From positions 1,560,001 through 1,592,000 of the forward strand of contig NC_014972.1 of NCBI RefSeq assembly GCF_000186885.1: DNA of 32,000 nucleotides, read 5' to 3'. Positions within the stretch are counted from its first letter, which is position 1. Every line of letters begins with the position of its first letter. The notes under the pieces were generated by a model. The model did no database searches. It saw only the letters and a list, made by a program, of their open reading frames with translations, and was not told the DNA's origin. Of this stretch, positions 1 to 9,237 are shown in pieces. Origin of the DNA: Desulfobulbus propionicus DSM 2032. GTDB taxonomy: Bacteria > Desulfobacterota > Desulfobulbia > Desulfobulbales > Desulfobulbaceae. The translations under genes and the position numbers were made by a program.

Positions 1-1050
1 GACGGCACCTTCTGGCCGGTACCGATCACCTTGGACGTTTCCGCTGCGGACGCTGCCGGCATCAACGTTGGCGACGAGATCGCTCTGGTTAACAAAGGCG
101 AGACCTACGCAACCATGAAGGTCACCGAGAAATACGAGATGACCGAAGCCGACAAGCGTTGGGAGTGCGAGAAAGTATTCAAGGGCGAAGGCGAAGAGTC
201 TGCTGACGATAAATTCTGGGAAGTCGCCCCCAAAGATCATCCCGGCGTTATCATGGTTCTGGCTCAGAAAGAGTTCAACCTGGCCGGTCCGGTTAAAGTA
301 CTCTCCGAGGGTGAGTATCCGAAAGAGTATCCGGGTGTATACCTGAAACCTGCCGAGACCCGCGCTATGTTTGAAGAGCGTGGATGGGCCAACGTTGCCG
401 CTCTCCAGCTGCGTAACCCGATGCATCGTTCCCACGAGTTCCTGGCCAAGATCGCCATCGAGGTTTGTGACGGCGTTCTGATCCACAGCTTGGTCGGTAA
501 CCTGAAGCCCGGCGACATTCCTGCCGACGTGCGCGTTGAAGCCATCAAGATCCTGATCGACAACTATTTCGTCAAAGAGAACGTCATCAACGCTGGGTAT
601 CCGCTTGACATGCGTTATGCCGGTCCTCGCGAAGGCCTGCTCCACGCCACCTTCCGTCAGAACTATGGTGTCAACAACATGCTGATCGGTCGTGACCACG
701 CTGGCGTTGGTGACTTCTACGGCCTGTTCGAGGCACAGCAGATTTTTGATCGCATCCCCTACACCGGCGATCCTTCCAAAGACCTGCTCTGCAAGCCGAT
801 GAAGATCGACTGGACCTTCTACTGCCACAAATGCGATGGTATGGCTTCTCTGCGTACCTGCCCGCATACCAAAGAGGATCGCGTCATCCTGTCCGGTACC
901 AAACTGCGTAAGGCTCTCTCCGAGGGTCAGCCGGTTGTTGACCACTTCGGTCGCGAGGAAGTTCTGGTTCGCCTCCGCAAGTACTATGCCGGCCTGACCG
1001 AGAAGGTTGAGGTCAAGATGCAGGGTGCCGCTTCCGGCGCTGCCATGTAA
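1..1050 (+). CDS. sat: Sulfate adenylyltransferase (ATP sulfurylase), 5' end cut by window edge
   Basis: Frame 1 is open from base 1 ([14 protein letters not shown]...), so the track start at 31 is internal. The protein carries the ATP-sulfurylase motifs [13 protein letters not shown] and GRDHAGVG. The stop codon is at 1048-1050 and a hairpin plus T-run terminator follows. Confidence 0.93.
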   Translation, partial: DGTFWPVPITLDVSAADAAGINVGDEIALVNKGETYATMKVTEKYEMTEADKRWECEKVFKGEGEESADDKFWEVAPKDHPGVIMVLAQKEFNLAGPVKVLSEGEYPKEYPGVYLKPAETRAMFEERGWANVAALQLRNPMHRSHEFLAKIAIEVCDGVLIHSLVGNLKPGDIPADVRVEAIKILIDNYFVKENVINAGYPLDMRYAGPREGLLHATFRQNYGVNNMLIGRDHAGVGDFYGLFEAQQIFDRIPYTGDPSKDLLCKPMKIDWTFYCHKCDGMASLRTCPHTKEDRVILSGTKLRKALSEGQPVVDHFGREEVLVRLRKYYAGLTEKVEVKMQGAASGAAM

Positions 1051-1085
1051 GACCGTCTCAGTTCTCTGAGGCTCTGCATACGAAA

Positions 1086-1119
1086 GGAGATGTCGCCTTG
1101 GGCGGCATCTCCTTTTTTT
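1086..1119 (+). terminator. Rho-independent terminator after sat
   Basis: GGAGATGTCGCC (1086-1097) pairs with GGCGGCATCTCC (1101-1112), giving a 12-bp stem with one G.U pair, followed by TTTTTTT (1113-1119). The track start at 1090 for the next ORF lies inside this hairpin. Confidence 0.8.
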
Positions 1120-1167
1120 ATTGAAAAGAAGAGCGGGGCGCGGTACGGACGTCAAACGATTTTTCCT

Positions 1168-2277
1168 ATGAATTGCACAGGAAGCGAGGGCGGAGTGGAA
1201 GAGACGATTCAGGTAGGACTAGGCGAGAGGAGCTATCCCATTACCGTCGGCACGGGGGTGATGGAGCGGGTCGGGCCGATGCTGCGGGCAGGCAGATTTG
1301 CCAAACGTTACGGCATCATCAGTGACGATCGGGTGGCTGCTCTCTACGGTGCGCAGGTACAGGAATCCCTGCGGCAAGCGGGCATCGATAGTGAACTGAT
1401 CGTTTTTCCCCACGGCGAGGCGAGCAAGCATCTGGCGACCATCGGCACCCTGGCCAGCACGCTCGCCGAGCACGGGTTTGACCGTGGCGATGGCCTGTTG
1501 GCCCTGGGCGGGGGGGTGACCGGCGATATCACCGGATTTTTGGCCTCGATCTACATGCGCGGCATCCCGTTTGTCCAGGTGCCGACCTCCCTGTTGGCTC
1601 AGGTAGACAGTTCGGTGGGCGGGAAGACCGGTGTGGACATCCCTCAAGGAAAAAATCTGCTCGGCACCTTCTACCAGCCGCGGGCGGTGATCATCGACAC
1701 CCAGGTGCTGCACACCTTACCGCAGGAAGAATTTCGTGGCGGCATGGCTGAGGTGATCAAATACGGCGTTTCGATGGATGCCGATTTTTTCCACTGGCTT
1801 GATCGGCATCATTCAGCCATTCTCGCCCTAGAACCGGAGGTAATAGTGTCGATGATCCGCCGCTGTTGCGAGATGAAGGCCTCGGTGGTGGAACAGGACG
1901 AACGGGAAGGGGGGCTGCGCCGGATCCTCAATTTTGGCCATACCATTGGTCACGCGGTGGAAGCGGCCTCCGGCTATCGGCTGATTCATGGCTATGCGGT
2001 GGCCATCGGCATGCGTGCTGTCGCCGATTTGGCGGTTCGAGCCGGCTATGCCAGCCAATCGGTTGCTGATCGGATCGAGGCGCTGCTGGCCAAATACCAG
2101 CTGCCCACCGGAATTCCGTCGGAATTCGATCGGACTACCCTGTGGAACTATCTGCACACCGATAAAAAAACCATTGGTGGGCGGGTCTTTTTTGTGCTGC
2201 CCGAGGAGATTGGCAGGGTATGCGTGACCGATCGGGTGGACAAGGACGATATTGACGCAATCCTTGGCAGTGCCTAA
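1168..2277 (+). CDS. aroB: 3-dehydroquinate synthase
   Basis: AroB-type motifs are present: GGGVTGDITGFLASIYMRGIPFVQVPTSLLAQVDSSVGGKTGVD, then LNFGHTIGHAVE and HGYAVAIGM. The start was moved to the ATG at 1168 (MNCTGSEGGVEETIQVGLGERSYPI), downstream of the sat terminator. The exact start is uncertain because there is no clear SD. Confidence 0.88.
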   Translation: MNCTGSEGGVEETIQVGLGERSYPITVGTGVMERVGPMLRAGRFAKRYGIISDDRVAALYGAQVQESLRQAGIDSELIVFPHGEASKHLATIGTLASTLAEHGFDRGDGLLALGGGVTGDITGFLASIYMRGIPFVQVPTSLLAQVDSSVGGKTGVDIPQGKNLLGTFYQPRAVIIDTQVLHTLPQEEFRGGMAEVIKYGVSMDADFFHWLDRHHSAILALEPEVIVSMIRRCCEMKASVVEQDEREGGLRRILNFGHTIGHAVEAASGYRLIHGYAVAIGMRAVADLAVRAGYASQSVADRIEALLAKYQLPTGIPSEFDRTTLWNYLHTDKKTIGGRVFFVLPEEIGRVCVTDRVDKDDIDAILGSA

Positions 2278-2344
2278 CATAAGCGGCAACCAATGAACAG
2301 CGGCAACCGTGCCTTTGCCTGTCCTTTCACCACCACTGATAGCC

Positions 2345-2842
2345 ATGCCGATCTACGAATTTTTTTGCGCTGATTGCAACACGGTTTTCAACTTTTTCTC
2401 CAGCCGGCCCAACCGGGACAAGCGGCCCAACTGCCCCCAGTGCGGCAGACCGGAGCTGCGGAAGATGATGTCCGCCTTTGCCACCATCGGCAAAGCCAAG
2501 GAAAACGACGAAGACAATCCCTTGGCCGGTATGGACGAGGCCAAGATGGAGCGCGCCCTGGCCGGTCTGATGCGCGAGGCCGAACAGGTCAACGAGGACG
2601 ATCCGCGGCAGATGGCCAATTTGATGCGCAAGTTCGCCGATGCCACTGGCCTTGATCTGGGCGAACCGATGCACGAGGCCATTGCCCGCATGGAAGCGGG
2701 AGAAGATCCGGAGCAGATCGAACAGGAAATGGGCGATCTGATGGACGGCGAGGAACCCTTCAGTCTGGAGGCGATGAAGAAAAAGGCGCAGTCTGGAGGC
2801 CGCCGGCCACCCCGCCACGACGAACGGCTCTACGAACTGTAG
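2345..2842 (+). CDS. FmdB-family zinc-ribbon protein with long acidic C-terminal tail
   Basis: The N-terminus MPIYEFFCADCNTVFNFF...CPQCGRPELRKMMSAF is the CxxC...CxxC zinc ribbon typical of the FmdB/TIGR02605 putative regulatory family. The start was taken at the MPIYEF ATG (2345). Confidence 0.75.
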   Translation: MPIYEFFCADCNTVFNFFSSRPNRDKRPNCPQCGRPELRKMMSAFATIGKAKENDEDNPLAGMDEAKMERALAGLMREAEQVNEDDPRQMANLMRKFADATGLDLGEPMHEAIARMEAGEDPEQIEQEMGDLMDGEEPFSLEAMKKKAQSGGRRPPRHDERLYEL

Positions 2843-2874
2843 AGCGAGGAAAAAGACTGATTGTGGGGCGGTGA

Positions 2875-4215
2875 TCACACCTCGATTCGGTGCTGCTTCA
2901 TTTTCTCCCACAGGTTTTTCCGGCTGATGCCCAGTGTCTCGGCGGCCCGGGTCCGATTGCCGCCGGAGTGGGCCAGGGCATGGACGATGCACTGCTTCTC
3001 GGCGCTGGCCAGGGCTTCAGCCAGCGGCATGATGGCGCCATTGGCCTTTTGCTCCGCCTTGTGCAGATCGGCGGGCAGATCCTCCACGGTGATGACCGGT
3101 CCAGGCGACAGCACGGACACCCGCTCGATGATGTTTTTTAACTCTCGAACATTGCCAGGAAAATCGTAGTTGAGCAGACAGTCCATCGCCTCTTTGGACA
3201 GCGACAGCGTCATGCCCCGCTTGTGCCCAAAACCTCGGAGGAAATGGCTGACCAGCAGCGGGATGTCCTCGATCCGTTCACGCAGGGGCGGAAGAGTCAG
3301 GGGAATGACGCTCAACCGGTAGAGCAGGTCCTGACGGAACTGTCCCGCCTCCACCTCCTTTTTCAGATCCTTGGCTGTGGCGCAGAGCAGGCGCACGTCC
3401 ACCTTGATCGTCCTTGTCCCGCCCAGCCGTTCACATTCTCCCTCCTCGATCACCCGCAGCAGTTTGGCCTGAAGTCCAAGGGGCAGATCACCGATTTCAT
3501 CCAACAGCAGCGTGCCGCCGTCGGCCAATTCGAATCGGCCCAGCCGTTTCGCGTGCGCTCCGGTGAAAGCGCCCTTTTCATGGCCGAAAAACTCGGATTC
3601 CAGCAATCCTTCGGGAATGGCCGCGCAATTGATGCGAATATAGGGTTTGTCCGCCCGACGGCTGGCCCGATGCAAGGCATTGGCGGCCAGCTCCTTGCCG
3701 GTGCCTGATTCGCCGTTGATCAAAACGGTCGAATCGGTCGGCCCTATTTGGTTGATGAGCTTGAGCAGGGTGCGCATCGCCGTGCTGTTGCCGATGATTT
3801 CCTGATGTTCCTGGCGGCACCTGTCCTCCAGCGAGGCGCAACGGGCGCGCACGGTCTGCATCTCGAAGATGCGGTTGATGCGGATGATCAGATCATCCAT
3901 TTCAAAGGGTTTGAGAATATAGTCGGCGGCACCGTTGCGCAGGCAGGTGATGGCGTCCTCCACCGATCCGTAGGCGGTCATCATGAAGATGTCGATCAAC
4001 GGCGACTGCTTGCGCGCCCATTCCAGGAGCTCCATGCCGCCCAGCCCGGGCATGCGGATGTCGGAAAGGATCAGGTGATAATGCTTCTGGTCCAACAGCG
4101 ACAGGGCATCGCGCCCGTTGACGGCCGCGTCAACCTGCCATCGTTCCCTGCGCAGCCGGTCATGGAGTGAAATGCGCATGATTTCGTCATCTTCCACCAG
4201 CAGTATCTGTTTCAT
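2875..4215 (-). CDS. Sigma-54-dependent response regulator (NtrC family: REC + AAA+ + Fis-type HTH)
   Basis: The REC domain has [10 protein letters not shown]. The AAA+ domain has Walker A GESGTGKE, the sigma-54 contact loop GAFTGA, and the [15 protein letters not shown] and LDEIGDL motifs. The C-terminal HTH reads [20 protein letters not shown]. The start overlaps the upstream kinase stop by 4 nt. Confidence 0.93.
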   Translation of the reverse strand: MKQILLVEDDEIMRISLHDRLRRERWQVDAAVNGRDALSLLDQKHYHLILSDIRMPGLGGMELLEWARKQSPLIDIFMMTAYGSVEDAITCLRNGAADYILKPFEMDDLIIRINRIFEMQTVRARCASLEDRCRQEHQEIIGNSTAMRTLLKLINQIGPTDSTVLINGESGTGKELAANALHRASRRADKPYIRINCAAIPEGLLESEFFGHEKGAFTGAHAKRLGRFELADGGTLLLDEIGDLPLGLQAKLLRVIEEGECERLGGTRTIKVDVRLLCATAKDLKKEVEAGQFRQDLLYRLSVIPLTLPPLRERIEDIPLLVSHFLRGFGHKRGMTLSLSKEAMDCLLNYDFPGNVRELKNIIERVSVLSPGPVITVEDLPADLHKAEQKANGAIMPLAEALASAEKQCIVHALAHSGGNRTRAAETLGISRKNLWEKMKQHRIEV

Positions 4216-5789
4216 GCTTCCCCTTGCATGGCGTTGTCGTTTCCCTCGTTGAGGCAGTGACGGTCAATGGGCAGAGTGACGGCGAAGGTTGAGCCGCTCC
4301 CCGGTTCGCTGCGAACCTCGATCTGCCCGTTCAGGCGCTGCACCATGGCCAGAGTCACCGCCAGCCCCAAGCCCGTTCCCTCGCCCACCTCCTTGGTGGT
4401 GAAAAAAGGATCAAAAATACGGTCCTGTATCTCCCGGGCAATACCGATGCCCGTGTCCTCGATGATGAGCACCACCGATCCCGTTTCCTCACGGGTGGCC
4501 AGGAGCAGGCTGCCGCCATCGGGCATGGCCTGGATAGCGTTGAGGGCGATGTTCATCACGATCTGCTTGATGGCCTCGGTGTCGATGCAGCAGAGGGCGT
4601 TGAAGTGCAGGTCCAGATTGACCACGATGTTGCGCAGCCGGTGGCCAAGCAGTTCCAGACAGTCGAGAATGACGGTGTCGATGTCGACTTGATGGACCTG
4701 GAGGGGATCGACTCGGCCGTAGTTGAGCAGTTGGCGCATGGTCAGCTCGATCCGCTTCAATCCTTTGTGTAACAGGGGCAGGTATCGTTTCTGCACATCC
4801 AGATTTTCCGGCTCCTTCTGCATGGCGGACACGCAGTTGAGCATCCCGGCCAATGGGTTGTTGATTTCATGGGCAATGCCGGCGGTCAGCTGGCCGAGTG
4901 CCGCCAGTTTCTCGGCGCGGAAACCTTTTTCCCCAGCCGTGGCAAGGGCTTGCTGGGACGCGGTCAGGCGTTGGCAGAGGGCAATGAACGAGGCAGAAAG
5001 GCAGCCGAATTCATCGCCGGTCCCCGGCAGTTTCAAGGCTTCCACCGGTTGCTCGGGAAAGGCGGCCATGGCATGGGACAACTGGCTCACCGGCCGGCCC
5101 ACCAGTCGGTTGAAAAGCAGCAGGGTCACCGCTGCGGCAACACATACCGACAACAGTCCCAGCAGGAGAATGGTTCGATTGTTTTCGTGGATGAAGGTAT
5201 CGGCCCAGACGATGGGAATGGTGATTGACAGCGCCCCTCGGATCTCGCCGGGATGATAGCCGTGTTCGCCGTGGCAGGTGAGACAGGAGGATTCGGTGAT
5301 CAACGGTGCCGCGTAGCGCAGGACGCGGCCGTCCCGGTCGCGGTCGATTGCCAGGTGTTCGGTTGCGCCCTCGGCAAAGCGCCGCAGGCTTTGCTGTTCA
5401 AACGGATCGGGTGCGTTGGCGGGATTGATCGGCCGCGCGCTGGTCACCCGAAACCAGGCCATGCCGCTCTTGCCGGCATATTCGGACAACTCGCGGGTGA
5501 CCATGGCCGGGTTGCGTTTCACCAACACGAGGCCGGACGCCGTGGTCATCACCGGTTCGCTCAGATAGTTGTTGGGTTGGGTGGATTCGGTCTGGACCAG
5601 GAACAGTCCCTGGTGGTCCGCCACCCATTGGCGGGTGAGCAGCACCTGACGATAGAGCATGCGGGCCTGTTGTTCGGCTTGGCCAATGACCAGGCGGTTT
5701 TGCAGGTGGGAGGTGTAGAGGAGCAGAACCCCGTAGGACAGGGTCAGGATGCCGACAACGGCAAGGATGAATTTTCCCCTCAGTGTCAT
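4212..5789 (-). CDS. Sensor histidine kinase with periplasmic c-haem (CxxCH) sensor domain
   Basis: HisKA H-box is GIAHEINNPLAG; HATPase motifs are NIALNAIQA, DTGIGI and GTGLGL. Two predicted TM segments (FILAVVGILTLSYGVLLLYT and ILLLGLLSVCVAAAVTLLLF) bracket a region of about 180 aa that contains CLTCH (5271-5285). The start was chosen at MTLRGKF (5789); the track start at 5861 is possible. Confidence 0.88.
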   Translation of the reverse strand: MTLRGKFILAVVGILTLSYGVLLLYTSHLQNRLVIGQAEQQARMLYRQVLLTRQWVADHQGLFLVQTESTQPNNYLSEPVMTTASGLVLVKRNPAMVTRELSEYAGKSGMAWFRVTSARPINPANAPDPFEQQSLRRFAEGATEHLAIDRDRDGRVLRYAAPLITESSCLTCHGEHGYHPGEIRGALSITIPIVWADTFIHENNRTILLLGLLSVCVAAAVTLLLFNRLVGRPVSQLSHAMAAFPEQPVEALKLPGTGDEFGCLSASFIALCQRLTASQQALATAGEKGFRAEKLAALGQLTAGIAHEINNPLAGMLNCVSAMQKEPENLDVQKRYLPLLHKGLKRIELTMRQLLNYGRVDPLQVHQVDIDTVILDCLELLGHRLRNIVVNLDLHFNALCCIDTEAIKQIVMNIALNAIQAMPDGGSLLLATREETGSVVLIIEDTGIGIAREIQDRIFDPFFTTKEVGEGTGLGLAVTLAMVQRLNGQIEVRSEPGSGSTFAVTLPIDRHCLNEGNDNAMQGEA

Positions 5790-5853
5790 ACCACGTCCCC
5801 GAAAACACTCTGCAAACCTGGTGCGGAACAATACCCCGCGCGTATCGTCGCAA

Positions 5854-5897
5854 GGTAACACAGTTGCCCTATGATTGCTACCTCATGGTAACAGTTG
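5854..5897 (+). promoter_or_regulatory. Direct repeat GGTAACA(CA)GTTG x2, candidate enhancer (UAS) for the sigma-54 activator
   Basis: ggtaacacagttg (5854-5866) and ggtaacagttg (5887-5897) have starts 33 nt apart and lie about 50-90 nt upstream of the -24/-12 element. An A-tract (ttaaaaag) sits between the repeats and the promoter. Confidence 0.3.
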
Positions 5898-5943
5898 AAA
5901 CTGGCTTTCCTTGTAACCTATTAAAAAGACAACATCTCTTGTT

Positions 5944-5959
5944 TGGAATAGTTGTTGCT
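5944..5959 (+). promoter_or_regulatory. Sigma-54 (-24/-12) promoter upstream of napM
   Basis: The sequence is TGGAAT-AGTTG-TTGCTT. GG (5945-5946) and GC (5957-5958) have the canonical spacing of TGGCAC-N5-TTGCW. The element lies about 65 nt upstream of the napM GTG start and faces the nap cluster. Confidence 0.6.
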
Positions 5960-6023
5960 TTGTTTTTTACACGTTCTGTTCTGTCAGATTTCCAGAGGAA
6001 GCAAAACCGTCAGGAGGAGAAAC

Positions 6024-6389
6024 GTGAAACACAATGCCCACCGACTGTTTCGGAGCCTGGTCGCGTTGCTGCTGGCAACCGGCTGGGCCGCCCCGATCCT
6101 GGCCGCCCAATCCGCCGGCGGCCATCCACCGCTTTCCGAGCAGGACCAGTACATTGCCTGCGATCAGTGCCATGCGGAAACCACCCCGGAGCTCCACAAG
6201 GAGTGGTTTGACTCGCGCCATGGAGTGGCCATGGTCAAGTGCTATCAGTGTCACGGCACCTTTGAAACCTTTCGGGTCACGCCCCAACCCCAGGACTGCG
6301 CGGCCTGCCACGAGAACATGATGCATAAATGTCCGCAGGACAAACCCTGCTGGCAGTGCCATGTTCCGCATTCCTTCAACAAGAAATAG
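6024..6389 (+). CDS. napM: Periplasmic tetrahaem c-type cytochrome (NapM-like)
   Basis: Four CxxCH motifs are present (CDQCH, CYQCH, CAACH, CWQCH). There is a signal peptide (LVALLLATGWAAPILAAQ). A GTG start at 6024 is preceded by AGGAGGAG. The gene sits immediately upstream of napA, as in NapM-type clusters. Confidence 0.8.
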   Translation: MKHNAHRLFRSLVALLLATGWAAPILAAQSAGGHPPLSEQDQYIACDQCHAETTPELHKEWFDSRHGVAMVKCYQCHGTFETFRVTPQPQDCAACHENMMHKCPQDKPCWQCHVPHSFNKK

Positions 6390-6472
6390 AACCGACCGGT
6401 GGACGGCCCGGCGGGGAAGAGCCGGCCGACACATCAACTGATGGAATGGGTAACCATATTGAGGAGAGGGTG

Positions 6473-8863
6473 ATGATGGCTCAAACACGACGTGATTTTA
6501 TCAAGAAGACAGCGGCACTTTCGGCTGCGTCCCTTGTGGGCATGCAGTTGCCTGTGGATGTGAACACCATGGCACGGGCGGCGGAAGACGAGGCCTGGCA
6601 CCGGGGCACCTGCCGTTTGTGCGGTGTTGGCTGCCGGGTGGAACTCGGGGTGAAAAACGGCGTGCCCTTTGCCTTGCGCGGGGTGGCCGATGCGCGCACC
6701 AATTACGGCTATCTGTGCATGAAGGGCATGCATTTCTGGAAATGCATGGGCCACAAGGATCGTCTGACCAAGCCGCTCTACCGCGAACGGAAGGCCGATC
6801 CCTTCAAGGAGATCAGCTGGGACAAGGCTCTGGATATCGCCGCCGAGCGGTTTAGCTCCGCGGTCAAGGCCCATGGCGGCAATGCGGTGGCCTATTACGG
6901 TTCCGGCCAGTGTCTGACCGAAGAAACCTACCTGTTCCAGAAGATCATGCGCGGCGGGCTCAAGACCAACAACGTCGAGGGCAATCCCCGCTTGTGCATG
7001 GCCAGCGCGGTGGGTGGCTACATGACCTCCTTTGGCGCCGACGAGCCCATCGGTGGCTATGCGGATCTGGAAAAGGCGCACTGCTTTTTCATTATCGGCT
7101 CCAACACCGCCGAGGCCCATCCGGTGCTGTTCCGCCGGATCATGCGGCGCAAGCTCGACAATCCCGAGGTCAAGGTCATCAACGCCGACCCCCGGGTGTC
7201 GCAGACCTCGCGCATTGCCGACAAGCACCTCCAGTTCAAGCCGGGCACCGATCTCTCCCTGCTCAACGCCATGGCCAAGGTGATCATCGACGAGAAACTC
7301 CATGACCAGCAGTTCCTCGGCAACTATGCGGTGTTCAAACAAGGCAAGGAAGCGAAGGCGGCCAGCTTCGACGAATTCGCTCAGTTTGTCGCCCCCTATA
7401 CGCCCGAGGCCGCGGCCAAGACCTGCGGCGGCACCATCACCGCCGACGATATCCGTCAGGTGGCCCGCTGGTTCGCTACCTCCAAGGGCACGGTCAGCCT
7501 GTGGTGCATGGGCATCAACCAGCGCAAGCAGGGCGTGTGGGCCAACAACCTGATCCACAACCTGCACATCCTCACCGGCCAGTTGATGAAGGAGGGAGCC
7601 GATTCCCTGTCACTCACCGGCCAGCCCAATGCCTGCGGCGGCGTGCGCGAGGCCGGAGGATTGTGTCATATCCTCCCCGGTCATCGGCCGGTGGAAAAAG
7701 AGAAGATGCGCAACCAGGTGGAAGAGGCTTGGGGCATTCCCCTGGGCCGCATCCCGGCAGAGCCGGGGCTGCACACCATGGATCTGTTCACCGCCGTCAA
7801 CAAGGGCACGGTCAAGGCGGTATGGATCAACTGCACCAGTCCGGCCCAGAGCCTGCCCAACTGCGACCTGTACAACAAGGGATTGGCGAGCGACGACTGC
7901 TTCATCGTCTGCACCGACATTTTTAAAACCCGCACCACCGAGTACGCCAACCTGATTCTGCCGACCGCCTTCCACTTCGAGAAGACCGGGGTCTACGGCT
8001 GCACCGAACGGCGCTCGCAACTGACCCGCAAGGCGATCAAGGCGCCGGGCGAGGCCAAGCCCGAGGTGTGGATCGCCCGCGAGTGGGCCAAACGCTTGGC
8101 CACCAAGCTTAACGATCCGGTCATCGCCCAGTGCGTCAAACCTTTTGACGGTCTGGAGGAGGATTTCGCCCTGCCGCAGGCCATCTGGGACGAGTATACC
8201 CAGAAACTGACCAAGGGCCGCGACAACGACCTGCGCGGCGCCAGCTACGCGGTGCTGGGCCGCATGGCCGACGGCGTCCAATGGCCGGCGCCCACCGAGG
8301 AGTTCGCCCTCAAAGGCGGCACGGTCAAGAAGTTCGTCAAGGGGTTGGACCCCATGGCCGACAGCGAATCGAAAAACGATCTGCCCTATCAGTTCTACGG
8401 TCCGGCCCACGAGGACCGCAAACTGTGGATCTGGCTGCGGCCCCAGGCCGAGCCCTCGGAGGTGCCGGACGCGGACTATCCCTTCTATCTGTCCACCGGC
8501 CGGATCATCGACCACTGGCACACCATGTCCATGACCGGCCGCATTCCCGAACTGCTGCGGGCCAACCCCTATGCCTATGTGGAGATCAACCCCAAGGACG
8601 CGGCAAAACTGGGCATCAAGCCCGGAGACATGGTCGAGGTCAGGTCACGGCGCGGGGTCAACCTGCTGCCGGCCAAGGTCTACGAAGGGCCGATCGAGGG
8701 CATGGTGTTTGTCTATTGGCACGACCAGGAGCAGACCAGGATGATCAATAAAGTGACCAAGGACGATTACGACCCGGCCTCCAAGGAGCCGGAGTTCAAG
8801 ATCTGCGCGGTTCAGATCCAGCGCGTTTCCGGGCCGCGGCCACTCACCCCGTTTTTGGTTTGA
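6473..8863 (+). CDS. napA: Periplasmic nitrate reductase catalytic subunit (molybdopterin oxidoreductase)
   Basis: A Tat signal (MMAQTRRDFIKKTAALSAAS) is followed by the N-terminal 4Fe-4S motif CRLCGVGC...C. The Mo-ligand context NPRLCMASAVGGYMTSFGADEP matches NapA, and the C-terminal end reads PEFKICAVQIQRV. The start at 6473 follows GAGGAGAGGG. Confidence 0.9.
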   Translation: MMAQTRRDFIKKTAALSAASLVGMQLPVDVNTMARAAEDEAWHRGTCRLCGVGCRVELGVKNGVPFALRGVADARTNYGYLCMKGMHFWKCMGHKDRLTKPLYRERKADPFKEISWDKALDIAAERFSSAVKAHGGNAVAYYGSGQCLTEETYLFQKIMRGGLKTNNVEGNPRLCMASAVGGYMTSFGADEPIGGYADLEKAHCFFIIGSNTAEAHPVLFRRIMRRKLDNPEVKVINADPRVSQTSRIADKHLQFKPGTDLSLLNAMAKVIIDEKLHDQQFLGNYAVFKQGKEAKAASFDEFAQFVAPYTPEAAAKTCGGTITADDIRQVARWFATSKGTVSLWCMGINQRKQGVWANNLIHNLHILTGQLMKEGADSLSLTGQPNACGGVREAGGLCHILPGHRPVEKEKMRNQVEEAWGIPLGRIPAEPGLHTMDLFTAVNKGTVKAVWINCTSPAQSLPNCDLYNKGLASDDCFIVCTDIFKTRTTEYANLILPTAFHFEKTGVYGCTERRSQLTRKAIKAPGEAKPEVWIAREWAKRLATKLNDPVIAQCVKPFDGLEEDFALPQAIWDEYTQKLTKGRDNDLRGASYAVLGRMADGVQWPAPTEEFALKGGTVKKFVKGLDPMADSESKNDLPYQFYGPAHEDRKLWIWLRPQAEPSEVPDADYPFYLSTGRIIDHWHTMSMTGRIPELLRANPYAYVEINPKDAAKLGIKPGDMVEVRSRRGVNLLPAKVYEGPIEGMVFVYWHDQEQTRMINKVTKDDYDPASKEPEFKICAVQIQRVSGPRPLTPFLV

Positions 8864-8871
8864 TCGGTGCG

Positions 8872-8899
8872 GACGGGAAGAAGCTTTTTTCTTCCCGTC
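8872..8899 (+). other. Perfect intercistronic stem-loop between napA and napD (no U-tract)
   Basis: GACGGGAAGAA (8872-8882) pairs with TTCTTCCCGTC (8889-8899), giving an 11-bp perfect stem and a 6-nt loop that starts 9 nt after the napA stop. No T-run follows it. Confidence 0.6.
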
Positions 8900-8946
8900 A
8901 CGTTATCCTCTGAAAAGACGAGTCATTTTGTCATGGAGACCTTCCG

Positions 8947-9237
8947 ATGCCCATCGGTGGAGCAGTGATCGCGATTCGGCCAGCCGATATGGAGACGGCC
9001 ACAACTCAGTTGCTTGCCCTGGCCGGGGTGGAAATCCACGGCGCGGATCAACGCGGCAACATTGTCGCGGTTCTGGAGACCCAAACCTGCGACGAGATGG
9101 AGCGGCTGCTCACGGCAATCAATGAGTGCCCCCTGGTTCTCCATGCCGGCCTGACCTACCTCAACATGGAAGACCAACTGGCGGACACGGTCAATACGCG
9201 GACGCGACCAACCGGGGAAGATGGAGCCGGAGTGTGA
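8947..9237 (+). CDS. napD: NapD-like Tat proofreading chaperone for NapA
   Basis: The 96-aa product has the NapD-like pattern (AIRPADMETATTQLLALAGVEIHGADQRGNIVAVLETQTCDEMERLLTAINECPLVLHAGLTY). It sits between napA and napG, and an RBS GGAGAC precedes it. Confidence 0.75.
   Translation: MPIGGAVIAIRPADMETATTQLLALAGVEIHGADQRGNIVAVLETQTCDEMERLLTAINECPLVLHAGLTYLNMEDQLADTVNTRTRPTGEDGAGV

Noticed and set aside
6434-8521. Long minus-strand ORFs (6434-7567 of 377 aa; 7610-8521 of 303 aa) opposite napA
   Set aside because: They are antisense to a gene with unambiguous NapA motifs. Their sequences are Gly/Ala/Arg/Leu/Val-rich and motif-free, which marks them as a GC-rich antisense artefact.
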